NCBI GenBank assembly: GCA_963822965.1
Contig: CAWGJT010000010.1
Coordinates: 320,001-384,000, forward strand
Length of the DNA: 64,000 bases
From: an uncultured delta proteobacterium
GTDB taxonomy: Bacteria > Myxococcota_A > UBA9160 > UBA4427
Direction of reading: 5' to 3'
Each line of letters starts with the position of its first letter. Within the stretch, counting starts at the first letter, position 1. A program made the position numbers and the translations under genes. The notes below the pieces were generated by a model. The model did no database searches. It was given only the letters and a program-made list of their open reading frames with translations, and was not told the DNA's origin. This document shows positions 32,169 to 44,372 of the stretch, one piece after another.

Positions 32169-33563
32169 TTGCTCTACCGGTACAGCGAGGTCTTCCGGAC
32201 GCTGCTCGTCCTCGCGGACGGTCTGCTGGTCGCGGCCGCCTGGCTGGCCGCCCGCCAGATCAGCCACCGGCTGGGCTGGTGGCCCGGGGCGGCCGCCGAC
32301 GCCCAGGAGCACGCCTGGCTGCTGGTGGCCGTGGTGCCGCTCTTCCTGCTGCTCTTCCGCGGTCGCAGGCTCTACCAGCCCCAGCGTACCGGCTCCCTGC
32401 TGCACGAGGCCGGGGGGGTGATCCAGGCGACCGCGATGGGGGTGGTGCTGTTCGTCGCCCTCTCGTTCTTCGCCGGCAGCCCGTTGCGATCCCGGGCGGC
32501 CGTGGTCGTGTTCAGCGGCCTGGCGCCGGCCGGGGTGATCGCGTTCCGCTCGGCCGGCCGGGTCGGGCTCCGCGCCCTGCGGCGCCGCGGCAAGAACCTC
32601 CGCTTCGTGCTCGTGGTCGGAGCCGGCCAGCTCGCCAAGGAGATCGTCCAGCGCATCCACGCCCATCCCGAGGCCGGGCTGCGGGTGCTCGGCGTCCTGG
32701 CGGACGCCGGCCGGGGCGGCCGGGCCAGCCTGGCGGGAATTCCGATCGTCGGCGGGATCGCGCAGCTGAAGGAGGTGCTGCACGCCGGGGACCGCGTCGA
32801 CCAGGTGATCATCGCGCTGCCCCAGTCGGAGAACTCCTCGCTCGAGAAGGTGCTGGCGGACCTCGACGACGAGATGGTGAGCGTGAAGCTGGTGCCCGAC
32901 CTGCTGCAGGTGACGACCCTTCGCAGCTCCGTCGAGAGCCTGGACGGGCTTCCCATCATCGGGCTGCGGGAGAGCCCGATGGTCGGCTGGGCCGCCGTGA
33001 AGAAGCGCGCCTTCGATCTGGTGGTGTGCGCCGTCGTGGCGCCGCCCGCCGCGGTCCTGGGGCTCGCCATCGCCGCCGGGATCTGGCTCACCTCGGGCCG
33101 GCCGGTCCTGTACCGCCAGGAGCGCACGGGGCTCGACGGTCGCAGCTTCCGGATCCTCAAGTTCCGCTCCATGCGACGGGACGCCGAGGGCCACAGCGGG
33201 CCTGTCTGGAGCCGGCGCGACGACCCGCGCCGCACCCGCCTGGGTGCCTGGCTGCGGCGCTCGAACCTCGACGAGCTGCCGCAGCTCTGGAACGTGATCC
33301 GGGGCGACATGAGTCTCGTCGGGCCGCGTCCCGAGCGCCCGGTCTTCATCGAGGAGTTCCGGCGCGAGATCCCCGGCTACATGCTGCGTCACAAGGTGAA
33401 GGCCGGCCTCACGGGCTGGGCGCAGGTCCACGGCTGGCGCGGCGACACCTCCCTGCACGAGCGGGTGGAGCACGATCTCTACTACGTGCAGAACTGGTCG
33501 CTCGGGCTGGACGTGCGCATCCTGCTGATGACGATCTTTCGCGGCGGTCGCAACGCACACTGA
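32169..33563 (+). CDS. Undecaprenyl-phosphate glucose phosphotransferase (WcaJ-like)
   Basis: TM segments; KRAFD; KFRSM; DELPQL; VGPRPE; GLTGWAQVHG; TTG start approximate. Confidence 0.92.
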   Translation: MLYRYSEVFRTLLVLADGLLVAAAWLAARQISHRLGWWPGAAADAQEHAWLLVAVVPLFLLLFRGRRLYQPQRTGSLLHEAGGVIQATAMGVVLFVALSFFAGSPLRSRAAVVVFSGLAPAGVIAFRSAGRVGLRALRRRGKNLRFVLVVGAGQLAKEIVQRIHAHPEAGLRVLGVLADAGRGGRASLAGIPIVGGIAQLKEVLHAGDRVDQVIIALPQSENSSLEKVLADLDDEMVSVKLVPDLLQVTTLRSSVESLDGLPIIGLRESPMVGWAAVKKRAFDLVVCAVVAPPAAVLGLAIAAGIWLTSGRPVLYRQERTGLDGRSFRILKFRSMRRDAEGHSGPVWSRRDDPRRTRLGAWLRRSNLDELPQLWNVIRGDMSLVGPRPERPVFIEEFRREIPGYMLRHKVKAGLTGWAQVHGWRGDTSLHERVEHDLYYVQNWSLGLDVRILLMTIFRGGRNAH

Positions 33564-33583
33564 TCGCAACCGGCGCGTGCCCG

Positions 33584-33720
33584 TCCCGGTCGGCCCGCGC
33601 GACCGAAGAGTTCCGGGTCGGCCCGCGCGGCAGAAGAGTTCCGGGTCGGCCCGCGCGACCGAAGAACTCCCGGTCGGCCCGCGCGACCGAAGAACTCCCG
33701 GTCGGCCCGCGCGACCGAAG
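33584..33720. repeat. 28-bp tandem repeat x5 between convergent genes
   Basis: tcc(c/g)ggtcggcccgcgcgaccgaaga(gt/ac) at 33584, 33612, 33640, 33668 and 33696. Confidence 0.9.
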
Positions 33721-33724
33721 CCGC

Positions 33725-34912
33725 TCAGCGATGGGCTTCGAGGAAGCGGACCACCGTCTCGACGACGCGTTCGATCTGCGAGCGCTCCAGGCTGGGACGC
33801 ATGGGCAGGCAGAGGCTCTCCCGGGCGGCGGCCTCGGTCTCCGGCAGGGCCTCGTCCGCCGGCGTGAGCGCCCGGAAGCAGGGCTGCTGGTGCAGGCCCA
33901 GGGGGTAGTAGATGCGCGTTCCGATGCCCTGGGTCGCGAGCTCCCGCTGGAGCGGGTCGCGCAGGCGGGCGGGGACACGGATCGCGTACTGGTGGTAGAC
34001 GGGCTCGCCGCCGGTCGGGGCGACGGCCGGCGTCGAGAGGGGAAGCCGCAGGGACTCGAGCTCGGCCCCGTGCCGACCCACCCCGGCGCCGGCCTCGGCG
34101 AAGCAGGCGTCGTAGTGCGCGGCGTGGCGCCGGCGGGTCTCGTTCCACGCGTCCGTGTGTCCGAGCTTCACGCGCAGGACCGCCGCCTGCAGCGCGTCCA
34201 GGCGCGAGTTGATTCCGGCCTCGAGGTGGAAGTACTCCTCGCGGGCGCCGTGGACGCGCAGCACCCGCAGGCGCTCGGCGAGCCCGGCGTCGTCGGTCAC
34301 GACGATGCCCGCGTCCCCGAACGCCCCCAGGTTCTTGGTCGGGTAGAGGCTGAAGCAGGCGACCCGACCGGCTGCGCCGGCCCGCCTTCCCTGGGCGTCC
34401 CGCGCGCCGACGGACTGCGCGGTGTCGGCCACCACCGGCACGCCGAGCTCCTCGCCCAGGGCGAGGAACGACTCCATGTCGGCCATCTGCCCGAAGAGGT
34501 CCACGGGGATCAGCGCGCGCAGCTGCGAGCAGCGGGCCGCCGCCTTGCGCGCCTGCTCGGGGTCCAGGTTGAAGCTGCGGGGATCGATGTCCGCGAAGAC
34601 CGGCGTTCCTCCCAGCCGCGTGATGGCGCTGGCCGTGGCGAAGAACGTGTAGGCGGGGCAGACGACCTGATCTCCCGGTCGCAGGTCCAGCGCCATCAGG
34701 GAGAGCAGCAGGGCGTCGGAGCCCGATGCGCAGCCCACGCCGTAGCCGGTGCCGCAGTAGCGTGCGAACTCGGCTTCGAATGCCTCCACCTCGGGGCCGA
34801 GCACGAAGCGCTGGCTCTCGATCACCCGCCGCAGGGCCGCCTCGATCTCCGGCTGGAGGGGGCGGTTCTCGGCCGCGAGGTCCAGCAGCGGAATGGGGTC
34901 GTAGGCGTTCAT
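33725..34912 (-). CDS. DegT/DnrJ/EryC1/StrS sugar aminotransferase
   Basis: SGSDAL; DTAQSVG; SLYPTKNLG; NSRLD. Confidence 0.93.
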   Translation of the reverse strand: MNAYDPIPLLDLAAENRPLQPEIEAALRRVIESQRFVLGPEVEAFEAEFARYCGTGYGVGCASGSDALLLSLMALDLRPGDQVVCPAYTFFATASAITRLGGTPVFADIDPRSFNLDPEQARKAAARCSQLRALIPVDLFGQMADMESFLALGEELGVPVVADTAQSVGARDAQGRRAGAAGRVACFSLYPTKNLGAFGDAGIVVTDDAGLAERLRVLRVHGAREEYFHLEAGINSRLDALQAAVLRVKLGHTDAWNETRRRHAAHYDACFAEAGAGVGRHGAELESLRLPLSTPAVAPTGGEPVYHQYAIRVPARLRDPLQRELATQGIGTRIYYPLGLHQQPCFRALTPADEALPETEAAARESLCLPMRPSLERSQIERVVETVVRFLEAHR

Positions 34913-34938
34913 CGAGGCCAGAGCATGCCACAAGCGGC

Positions 34939-36069
34939 TCAGCCGATGGGGGTCGAATCGAGTAGCGCGATCTCGGCGCGCAGCTCGCGCCGGAACCGCT
35001 CCCGACCGAAGCCCTCGGCCCAGCGCCGGATCACCGCCGGCTCGAAGCGCCCCTCCGCCGCCTCGAAGCGCAGCACCGCTTCGGCCAGCGCCTCGGAATC
35101 CTGTGCCCCGAAGAAGATTCCGGTGGCCCCGGGCCCGCCGGCGTCGCCGTCCAGGGGCCGTACCGAGTCGAGGACTCCCCCGCGGCCGAACGCGATCACG
35201 GGCCGGCCGGCGGCCTGGGCCTCCACGGCGACGATCCCGAAGTCCTCGTCCTGGGGGTGCACGAGGGCCCGACAGCCCTGGTAGAGGGCCAGCAGCTCGG
35301 CGTCGGAGATCCGACCCCGGAACTCCACGTTCGGCGGCGCACCGCGCTGCAGCCCGGGTCGCGTGGGACCGTCGCCCGCGACGAGCAGGCGTCTTCCTGC
35401 GAGCCGCCGGAAGGCCTCGATGGCCAGGTCCTCGCGCTTGTAGGGGACGAATCCTCCCACCAGCAGGTAGTAGTCGCCGGCCGCACCGCGCGGGTCGGGC
35501 CGGATGCGCTCGGTGTCCACCGGCGGGTGCACGACGTTCGCCCGGCGCTGGTAGTGGCGCTCGATGCGGCCGCGAACCGCCCGGGAGCTGGCGACGAAGC
35601 GATGCACGCGATCGGGCCCGCTGGTCCTGCGGTCGAAGCGCTGCAGGTAGGAGACCAGGGGCCGCGACAGCCAGCGGCGCGCCCCCTGCCCGAGGTAGGC
35701 GTCCTGCTGGTCCCACACGTATCGCATGGGGGTCAGGCAGTAGCAGAGGTGGCGCGCGCCCGGTGCGGCGCGCACGCCCTTGGCGACCGCGTGGCTGCAC
35801 GAGACCACGCGCTCGTAGCCCGACAGGTCGAAGCGCTCGATGGCGGCGGGGAAGAGGGGCAGGAAGAGCCGGTAGTGTCGCGCGATTCCGGGGAGTCGGG
35901 AGAGGAAGCTCGCGTGGATCGGATGCTCCTCGATCGTCGCCGAGGTGGCGCCCGGAACGTGAATGAGCGTGAAGAGATCGGCCTTCGGATGGAGCGCGCA
36001 CAGCTCCTCGAGGACGCGCTCGCCGCCGCGCATGCCGGTGAGCCAGTCGTGGACCAGGGCGACGCGCAC
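34939..36069 (-). CDS. Glycosyltransferase family 4
   Basis: VHDWLTGMRGGERVL; YKR; EDFGIVAVEA. Confidence 0.92.
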   Translation of the reverse strand: MRVALVHDWLTGMRGGERVLEELCALHPKADLFTLIHVPGATSATIEEHPIHASFLSRLPGIARHYRLFLPLFPAAIERFDLSGYERVVSCSHAVAKGVRAAPGARHLCYCLTPMRYVWDQQDAYLGQGARRWLSRPLVSYLQRFDRRTSGPDRVHRFVASSRAVRGRIERHYQRRANVVHPPVDTERIRPDPRGAAGDYYLLVGGFVPYKREDLAIEAFRRLAGRRLLVAGDGPTRPGLQRGAPPNVEFRGRISDAELLALYQGCRALVHPQDEDFGIVAVEAQAAGRPVIAFGRGGVLDSVRPLDGDAGGPGATGIFFGAQDSEALAEAVLRFEAAEGRFEPAVIRRWAEGFGRERFRRELRAEIALLDSTPIG

Positions 36070-36075
36070 CCGGCG

Positions 36076-38463
<2,388 letters not shown>

Positions 38464-38655
38464 TGGGGGCCCTCCGGGGGCGCAACCGTAGGCACCCCGC
38501 CTACCGGGTCAACCGCAAGCCCGGGAAACGGGCGAAAACAGGAGGCGAGCGGGCCGGGGTAGTCGCGGAGCGTCCCGAGGGGGCTCGACGAGTCCCCATC
38601 CCGGCCGGATTCGCTATCCCCCCGCGATGCACGCTCGGCAGCCCCCGGGCGCTCT

Positions 38656-39660
38656 GTGCGATCCCGGGAGAGGAATGCTCCGATCGGTCCCCGCCCGATG
38701 CGGATTCGCGCGGCGACTCCCTCGGCGGGGACCGGCGGCCAGGAAGCCCGACGGGGACCTGCGGCCTTGAGACAGGCCTCGAGAAGTGAAGGGCCCCGCG
38801 AGCGACCCGAGGAGGTCGAGTCGGGCGGCCCCTGGCCGTTCGTGACGTTTCGGATCTACCGATTCCGGGACGGTTCGCACCGCGTCTGGCATTCCCGGGC
38901 GCACCGAAAGGGTCTGCGCCCCGAGACGCCGGAACGTCGGGTGCTCCTGGGCACGCGCCTGCGCGGTGGGCTGTGGAACCCGTCGAGCCTCAACTGGTGG
39001 ATCGGCGTCGTCTTCGCGCTGGGCGCCCTGGGCTTTCTGGTGGGGAGCCTGGGAGGCCTGGCTCCCCGGCCCGAGCTGGACGGCCTGCTCGATGCGGCGA
39101 CCAGCAACCGGGTCTTCTTCGCGGCGTCGATCCCGTTCGCGGTGGCCGCCTACCTGCAGCTCTTCCAGGCGGCCAATGCGCGCGGGCTGCCGCCGGCCGG
39201 CGGGGCGGCCCGCGGCCACACGGCCTGGCTCGGATGGCGCCCGAGCGACATCGGTTGGCTGTCCTGTGCGCTGCAGTTCGCGGGGACGCTCCTGTTCAAC
39301 GTCAACACCTTCGACGCGATGCTCCCCCACCTGGACTGGCTCCAGCAGGACACGGCCATCTGGGCGCCGGACCTCGTGGGCTCGGTGCTCTTCCTGACGT
39401 CGGGGTACCTGGCGTTCGTGGAGAGCTGTCACGCCCACCTCGCCTGGCGCCCGGGCAGCCTCGCCTGGTGGACGACGGGCGTGAATCTCCTCGGCTGCGT
39501 CGCCTTCATGGTCGCGGCGTTCTTCGCCTTCGTCCCGGCGCACCCGATGCAGCTGGAGGCCTCGAGCCTCGCCCTCGTGTTCACGGGAATCGGAGCGGGC
39601 GCCTTCCTGGTCGGCTCCCTGCTGATGCTGCCGGAGTCCGCGGTGCCGGCCGCGCCGTGA
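38656..39660 (+). CDS. Multi-TM membrane protein (YrhK-like repeats)
   Basis: About six hydrophobic helices with repeated GxxxFxxGS; the true start is probably later than 38656. Confidence 0.6.
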   Translation: MRSRERNAPIGPRPMRIRAATPSAGTGGQEARRGPAALRQASRSEGPRERPEEVESGGPWPFVTFRIYRFRDGSHRVWHSRAHRKGLRPETPERRVLLGTRLRGGLWNPSSLNWWIGVVFALGALGFLVGSLGGLAPRPELDGLLDAATSNRVFFAASIPFAVAAYLQLFQAANARGLPPAGGAARGHTAWLGWRPSDIGWLSCALQFAGTLLFNVNTFDAMLPHLDWLQQDTAIWAPDLVGSVLFLTSGYLAFVESCHAHLAWRPGSLAWWTTGVNLLGCVAFMVAAFFAFVPAHPMQLEASSLALVFTGIGAGAFLVGSLLMLPESAVPAAP

Positions 39661-39765
39661 GCGGGCTCGCGGTGGGTGCTCGAACGCGGGCCCGGCAGGC
39701 GTGCCGCGGCGCGGCACCCCGCGCTCGCACGGGACGCTCGAATCGCTGCAGAAGCGTTGGGGAGG

Positions 39766-39852
39766 TGGTGCCCGGGACTGGAGTCGAACCAGCACGTCCT
39801 TGCGAACACCAGGTCCTGAACCTGGCGCGTCTACCAATTCCGCCACCCGGGC
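39766..39852 (-). tRNA. tRNA-Leu(CAG)
   Basis: GCCCGGGTGGCGGAATTGGTAGAC...CCAGG TTCAGGA CCTGG...GTTCGACTC...CCA. Confidence 0.97.
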
Positions 39853-39886
39853 GCGCGGCGGAGACTACGCGGCGCCCCGGAAATCG

Positions 39887-41890
39887 TCAATCGGACCCGC
39901 CCAGGTCTGCCAGGGCCGCCATCTCGTCGCTCAGCCGCTCCCACTCCGCGTACCGCTCCGCCACCCGGGCCTCGAGATCGTGCCGGGCCTGGGTCAGCTC
40001 GCGCATGCGATCCACGTCCTTGTAGAGGTCGGGATCGCCGAGCTTCCAGCCGAGGGATTCGACCTCGCCCTCGGCGTCCTGGATCTCCGCCTCGAGCCGC
40101 TCGATCTGCCTGGCCAGGCGGTCCCGCAGCTTGCGGCGCTCGCGCTCCTCCTGCCGTTCGCGCTTGTCGCGCTTGCCCGGCTTCGGCGCCGTGGGTGCCG
40201 TGGGCGCGGCCGCCGCGGCGGGGGAGGGCGGTGTCGCCTCGCGGGGCGGCGCGGGCGCGGCGCTGCGCGCTTCCAGCTCGGCCGTCCGCCGCAGGTAGTC
40301 GTCGTAGTTGCCCGGGAACTCGCGCAGCACGCCCGCCTTCACCTCCACCACCCGGGTGGCGAGGGCGTTGATGAAGCTGCGGTCGTGGGAGACGAACACG
40401 AGGGTTCCCTGGTACTGCGAGAGCGCTTCCTCGAGCACCTCGCACGCTTCGATGTCCAGGTGGTTCGTCGGCTCGTCGAGCACGAGCAGGTTGCGCGGGT
40501 GCAGCAGCATCTTGGCGAGGGCCAGCCGCGCCTTCTCGCCGCCCGAGAGCACGCCCACCTTCTTCTCCACGTCGTCTCCCGTGAAGAGGAACGCCCCGAG
40601 GTGCCCGCGCAGGCGCGGGACGTCGCCGAGCTCGGCGACGCTGCCCAGCTCGTCGATCACGCTGCGCGACGGGTCCAGGCTCTCCAGCTGGTGCTGTGCG
40701 TAGAAGCCGATCTGCACGTTGTGACCCGGCGTTCGCGTGCCGGAGTCGAAGCCGATCACGCCCGCCACCAGCCGCAGCAGGGTGGACTTGCCCGCTCCGT
40801 TCGGTCCCGCCAGGGCGACTCGTTCCCCGCGTTGCACCTGGAACGACACGCCGTCGTAGACCCGCTTGTCGCCGTAGGACTTGTGGACGTCGGCCAGGGT
40901 CATGACGATCTCGCCCGCTCGCTGGGGCGCCGGGATGCGCATCCGCATCCTGCGCCGCCCCTCGGAGCCCACCTCGATGCGCTCGATCTTCTCGAGCGCC
41001 TTGATGCGGCTCTGGGCCTGCTTCGCCTTGGACGCCTTGGCGCGGAAGCGCTCGACGAAGCGCTCCATCTGGGCGATCTCGCGGTCCTGCTTCGCCTTGG
41101 CGGCCAGCAGGCTCGCGCGTCGCTCCCCGCGCTGGGCGAGATAGCTGTCGTAGTTGCCCTCGTAGCACGCGAAGCCGCCCCGGCCGTCGAGCTCCGCGAC
41201 CCGGCTCACGTGCCGGCGCAGGAAGGTGCGGTCGTGGGATACGGTGATCACGGCGCCCGCGAACCCGTCGAGGGTCTCCTCGAACCACCGGATCGCGGGC
41301 AGGTCCAGGTGGTTCGTCGGCTCGTCGAGGAGCAGGACGTCGGGGTTCGCGAGCAGCAGCTTCGCCAGCTCGACCCGCATGAGCCAGCCGCCGCTGAACG
41401 ACGAGAGGGGGCGACCGCGGGCCTCTGCGTCGAAGCCGAGCCCGGCGAGCACCGCCTCCACCCGGGCGTGGCGCTCGAAGCCGCCCCCGGTCTCGAATTG
41501 CGTCGACGCCGCGTGGTATCGCTCGGCCAGCTCGGCCGGAACCTCGCGACCGGCGGCCCCCGCCTCGCTCATGGCGCCCTCGAGCGAACGCATCTCCGCT
41601 TCCAGCAGGTCGAGATGGCGCAGTGCGCTCGCCGCCTCTTCCTGGACCGAGTGTCCCTGGGCCGGGTCGATCTCCTGGCGGAGCACGCCGAGGGTCACGT
41701 TCCGGGGTCGCGAGACGCTGCCTTCGTCGCACGGCTCGTCGCCGGCCACGATCCGCAAGAGGGTGGACTTGCCCGCGCCGTTCGGGCCCACCAGCCCGAT
41801 GCGGTCCCCGGCCTGCACGTGCAGCGACACGCCTTCGAACAGGGTGCGGCCGCCGATGCGCTTGCAGAGATCGTCGATGCGCAGCAGCAC
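39887..41890 (-). CDS. ABC-F family ATPase
   Basis: Two NBDs (GPNGAGKST x2; FSGGW and LSGGE; DEPTNHLD x2); no TM segments; C-terminal coiled coil. Confidence 0.95.
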   Translation of the reverse strand: MLLRIDDLCKRIGGRTLFEGVSLHVQAGDRIGLVGPNGAGKSTLLRIVAGDEPCDEGSVSRPRNVTLGVLRQEIDPAQGHSVQEEAASALRHLDLLEAEMRSLEGAMSEAGAAGREVPAELAERYHAASTQFETGGGFERHARVEAVLAGLGFDAEARGRPLSSFSGGWLMRVELAKLLLANPDVLLLDEPTNHLDLPAIRWFEETLDGFAGAVITVSHDRTFLRRHVSRVAELDGRGGFACYEGNYDSYLAQRGERRASLLAAKAKQDREIAQMERFVERFRAKASKAKQAQSRIKALEKIERIEVGSEGRRRMRMRIPAPQRAGEIVMTLADVHKSYGDKRVYDGVSFQVQRGERVALAGPNGAGKSTLLRLVAGVIGFDSGTRTPGHNVQIGFYAQHQLESLDPSRSVIDELGSVAELGDVPRLRGHLGAFLFTGDDVEKKVGVLSGGEKARLALAKMLLHPRNLLVLDEPTNHLDIEACEVLEEALSQYQGTLVFVSHDRSFINALATRVVEVKAGVLREFPGNYDDYLRRTAELEARSAAPAPPREATPPSPAAAAAPTAPTAPKPGKRDKRERQEERERRKLRDRLARQIERLEAEIQDAEGEVESLGWKLGDPDLYKDVDRMRELTQARHDLEARVAERYAEWERLSDEMAALADLGGSD

Positions 41891-41898
41891 GAGGGGAT

Positions 41899-42270
41899 CT
41901 ACTCGGCCGGCTCGACCGGCGGCGGAGGCCGCAGGCAGAAGATGCCCGCGGCAAGGGCGAAGACGATGCCGGTCTGGGTGCGGCCCTGCTCGAGGGCCAC
42001 GAAGGCCCCGAGCAGCGCGATCCCGAACGCGGACGCCCAGGCGCACGCCACCAGGGTGACCCGCGTCCCGGTGGAGATCACCGGCGAGGTGGAGGCGCGA
42101 CGACAGACGATGCTTCCGACGGCCAGGACCACGGCCAGGGTGGTGGTCGTGGGGTCGGGCGGCGGCTCTTCGTCCGGGCTCGGCTGGATCGCGCTCAGCA
42201 CGGCGCACGCCGCGATCATGGCGAGGACGGTCCGGTGCGTGTTGCGGAGCGTTCGGTCGAGGGGGCTCAT
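41899..42270 (-). CDS. Small hypothetical membrane protein
   Basis: Four hydrophobic segments; fills the gap co-directionally with the ABC-F gene. Confidence 0.55.
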   Translation of the reverse strand: MSPLDRTLRNTHRTVLAMIAACAVLSAIQPSPDEEPPPDPTTTTLAVVLAVGSIVCRRASTSPVISTGTRVTLVACAWASAFGIALLGAFVALEQGRTQTGIVFALAAGIFCLRPPPPVEPAE

Positions 42271-42364
42271 GGGCGGGCCAATCTACCAGGCCCGCGGGCG
42301 GCCGCGAGCCGGGGCCCCCGGACGCTGGCGGAGCCCGGCGCCGTCGCGCATTCTTGACCCCATC

Positions 42365-42814
42365 ATGCGGCTTTCGCTCCAGGTCCACTACGCCATCTGC
42401 GGGATCTTCGACCTGGCCTACAACGGTCAGGGCGAGCTCGTGCAGGTGCGCGTGATCGGCGAGCGACAGGGCATCCCCACGCGCTACCTCGAGCAGATCT
42501 TCCAGCGTCTGCGCAAGGCCGACCTCATCGTCGGCAAGCGCGGGCCGGGCGGCGGCTACACCCTGGCGCGGCCTCCGTCGAAGATCACCTTGCAGGAGGT
42601 GGTCGAGGCGGTCGAAGGACCCCTGGCCGAGCCCGAGGGCTGGGGGAAGGAACCGGCGGCCGGGCGGGACTACCGTCCCGACTTCCTGTGGACCGAGCTG
42701 GCGGCCGGCTTCTCGCGGGTGCTGTCCGAGGCCACTCTCGAGCAGGTCTGCCGCCGGGCCGCCCAGACCGCCGTGCGGCGAGCGCACCCCGAGGCCCTGA
42801 CGTATCAGATCTGA
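42365..42814 (+). CDS. Rrf2-family regulator (no Fe-S Cys triad; CymR-like)
   Basis: YLEQIFQRLRK; KRGPGGGYTLARP; C-terminal YQI. Confidence 0.9.
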   Translation: MRLSLQVHYAICGIFDLAYNGQGELVQVRVIGERQGIPTRYLEQIFQRLRKADLIVGKRGPGGGYTLARPPSKITLQEVVEAVEGPLAEPEGWGKEPAAGRDYRPDFLWTELAAGFSRVLSEATLEQVCRRAAQTAVRRAHPEALTYQI

Positions 42815-42815
42815 G

Positions 42816-43322
42816 ATGCGAGACCCGATTTCCGTCGACACGCAGGCTCGTCCGCTCTCGATGCCGGGAAGGCTGCTCAACGAGCTGTGCGCCCACGCCC
42901 TCGAGACGCGCCCGGAGGAGTGCTGCGGCCTGGTGACCGGCGTGCCCGAGGATCGCTTCCGGCGCGTGCATCGCTGCCGCAACACCATGACGCTGCAGCA
43001 CCAGAACGACCCCGCCAGCTATCCGCGCGACGGCCGCGAGGCCTACTACATGAGCGAGGTGGACTATCTCCGGGCGCTGAAGGACGCGGAGAGCCAGGGC
43101 GAGACGGTCACCGCCGTCTATCACTCGCACGTGGCCGCGGGCGTCTACCTGTCGCAGATGGACCAGGACTTCGCCGACCACGAGCTGTTCCCGTTTCCCC
43201 GCGCTGCGCAGATCGTGGTGGCCGTGGGCGCCAACGCCGTCGATCGCGTCCTCGGCGTGGGCATCTTCGAGCGCGACACCCGGGGACTCTTTCGCGGCCG
43301 CCCGCTGGAGGCCGAGGCATGA
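42816..43322 (+). CDS. JAB/MPN+ (M67) metallopeptidase
   Basis: PEECCG; intact JAMM motif YHSH-x7-SQMD. Confidence 0.9.
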   Translation: MRDPISVDTQARPLSMPGRLLNELCAHALETRPEECCGLVTGVPEDRFRRVHRCRNTMTLQHQNDPASYPRDGREAYYMSEVDYLRALKDAESQGETVTAVYHSHVAAGVYLSQMDQDFADHELFPFPRAAQIVVAVGANAVDRVLGVGIFERDTRGLFRGRPLEAEA

Positions 43323-44350
43323 GGATGCGGCAGGCGAGCGCGATTGCCGGGCTGCTGATGCTGGCGGGCCTGCTGCACTCGGGCTGCGCGGGGGTGATGG
43401 GGCTCGGCCTGAGCGAGCTGCCGGCGGACCCCATCGCCGTCACGTACTGGGAGCCCGAGGACGCACGACGCCGGGCCGAGGTGCTCCAGCAGCAGCAGGA
43501 GCGCGCTCAGAAGGTCGGCGTCGCCGAGGTGGAGGACATCGGCCGGCTGCTCGGCGCGCACCAGGAGCGGGGCAGCCTGGCCCGGTATCCGGGCCGGCTC
43601 TCGTTCGTGGATCCCCGCACCGCCGAGGTGCGCACCGTTCCCCAGGTGCCGCCGGGCGCGGTGCCTCTCGGCTGGTCCGACGACCACGACCGGCTCCTCT
43701 TTCTGAGCAACCATCGCGGCGCGATCCAGGTGTTCGAGTACACCCGCTCGAGCCAGGAGGTGAGACAGGTCTCCTTCGGCAGGGAGCCCTTCCTGTACGC
43801 CTCCTACGGCCGCGGCCGCCAGATCGCCCTGATGGCGATCGCGACCGAGGGGAGCCGGCAGTACGAGCGGGTCTACGTGACGAACCCGGAGGGAGGGGCT
43901 CCGAGGCTGGTCTTCGAGGACCGGCACGCCGAGTCCATCCGGCTCTCCCCGGACGGCCGGACGCTGCTCTACGTGCGCCGTAGGGCGGTGGGCTCCGATC
44001 GTCCCGAGCGCGCCTCGGAGCTCGTCTCCCTCGATCTGGAGACCGGCGAGGAGCGGGACCTGGGGCCCGGGCGCGAGCCCTCGTTCTCGCCCACCGGCGA
44101 TTGGATCGTGTACAGTGCGCCCACCCGAGACGGCTGGCGGCTCCGACGGATGCGGCCGGACGGGTCGGCCCGATCACCCGTCACCTCGGGAATTCGCGAC
44201 GAGACCCTGCCCGCCGTCTCACCGGACGGGCGGTTCGTCGCCTATGTCGGCGAGACCGGCGGGCTCGATCGATTGTTCGTACGGCGCATCGACGGCAGCG
44301 GTGATCGCATCCTGCTGGACGCCGGCGCCGTGTTCGCCCCGGTCTGGTAG
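43319..44350 (+). CDS. TolB-like beta-propeller lipoprotein
   Basis: Lipobox HSGC; PD40-type repeats LSPDG, PSFSPTG, PAVSPDG. Confidence 0.75.
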   Translation: MRMRQASAIAGLLMLAGLLHSGCAGVMGLGLSELPADPIAVTYWEPEDARRRAEVLQQQQERAQKVGVAEVEDIGRLLGAHQERGSLARYPGRLSFVDPRTAEVRTVPQVPPGAVPLGWSDDHDRLLFLSNHRGAIQVFEYTRSSQEVRQVSFGREPFLYASYGRGRQIALMAIATEGSRQYERVYVTNPEGGAPRLVFEDRHAESIRLSPDGRTLLYVRRRAVGSDRPERASELVSLDLETGEERDLGPGREPSFSPTGDWIVYSAPTRDGWRLRRMRPDGSARSPVTSGIRDETLPAVSPDGRFVAYVGETGGLDRLFVRRIDGSGDRILLDAGAVFAPVW

Positions 44351-44372
44351 GCCTCGTTCAGGGAGAAGCAGC

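Noticed and set aside
38464..38780. Riboswitch or ncRNA in the lon2 upstream region (cggtccccgcc/ggcggggaccg stem)
   Set aside because: A single GC-rich stem with no recognisable aptamer consensus; an Rfam scan would be needed
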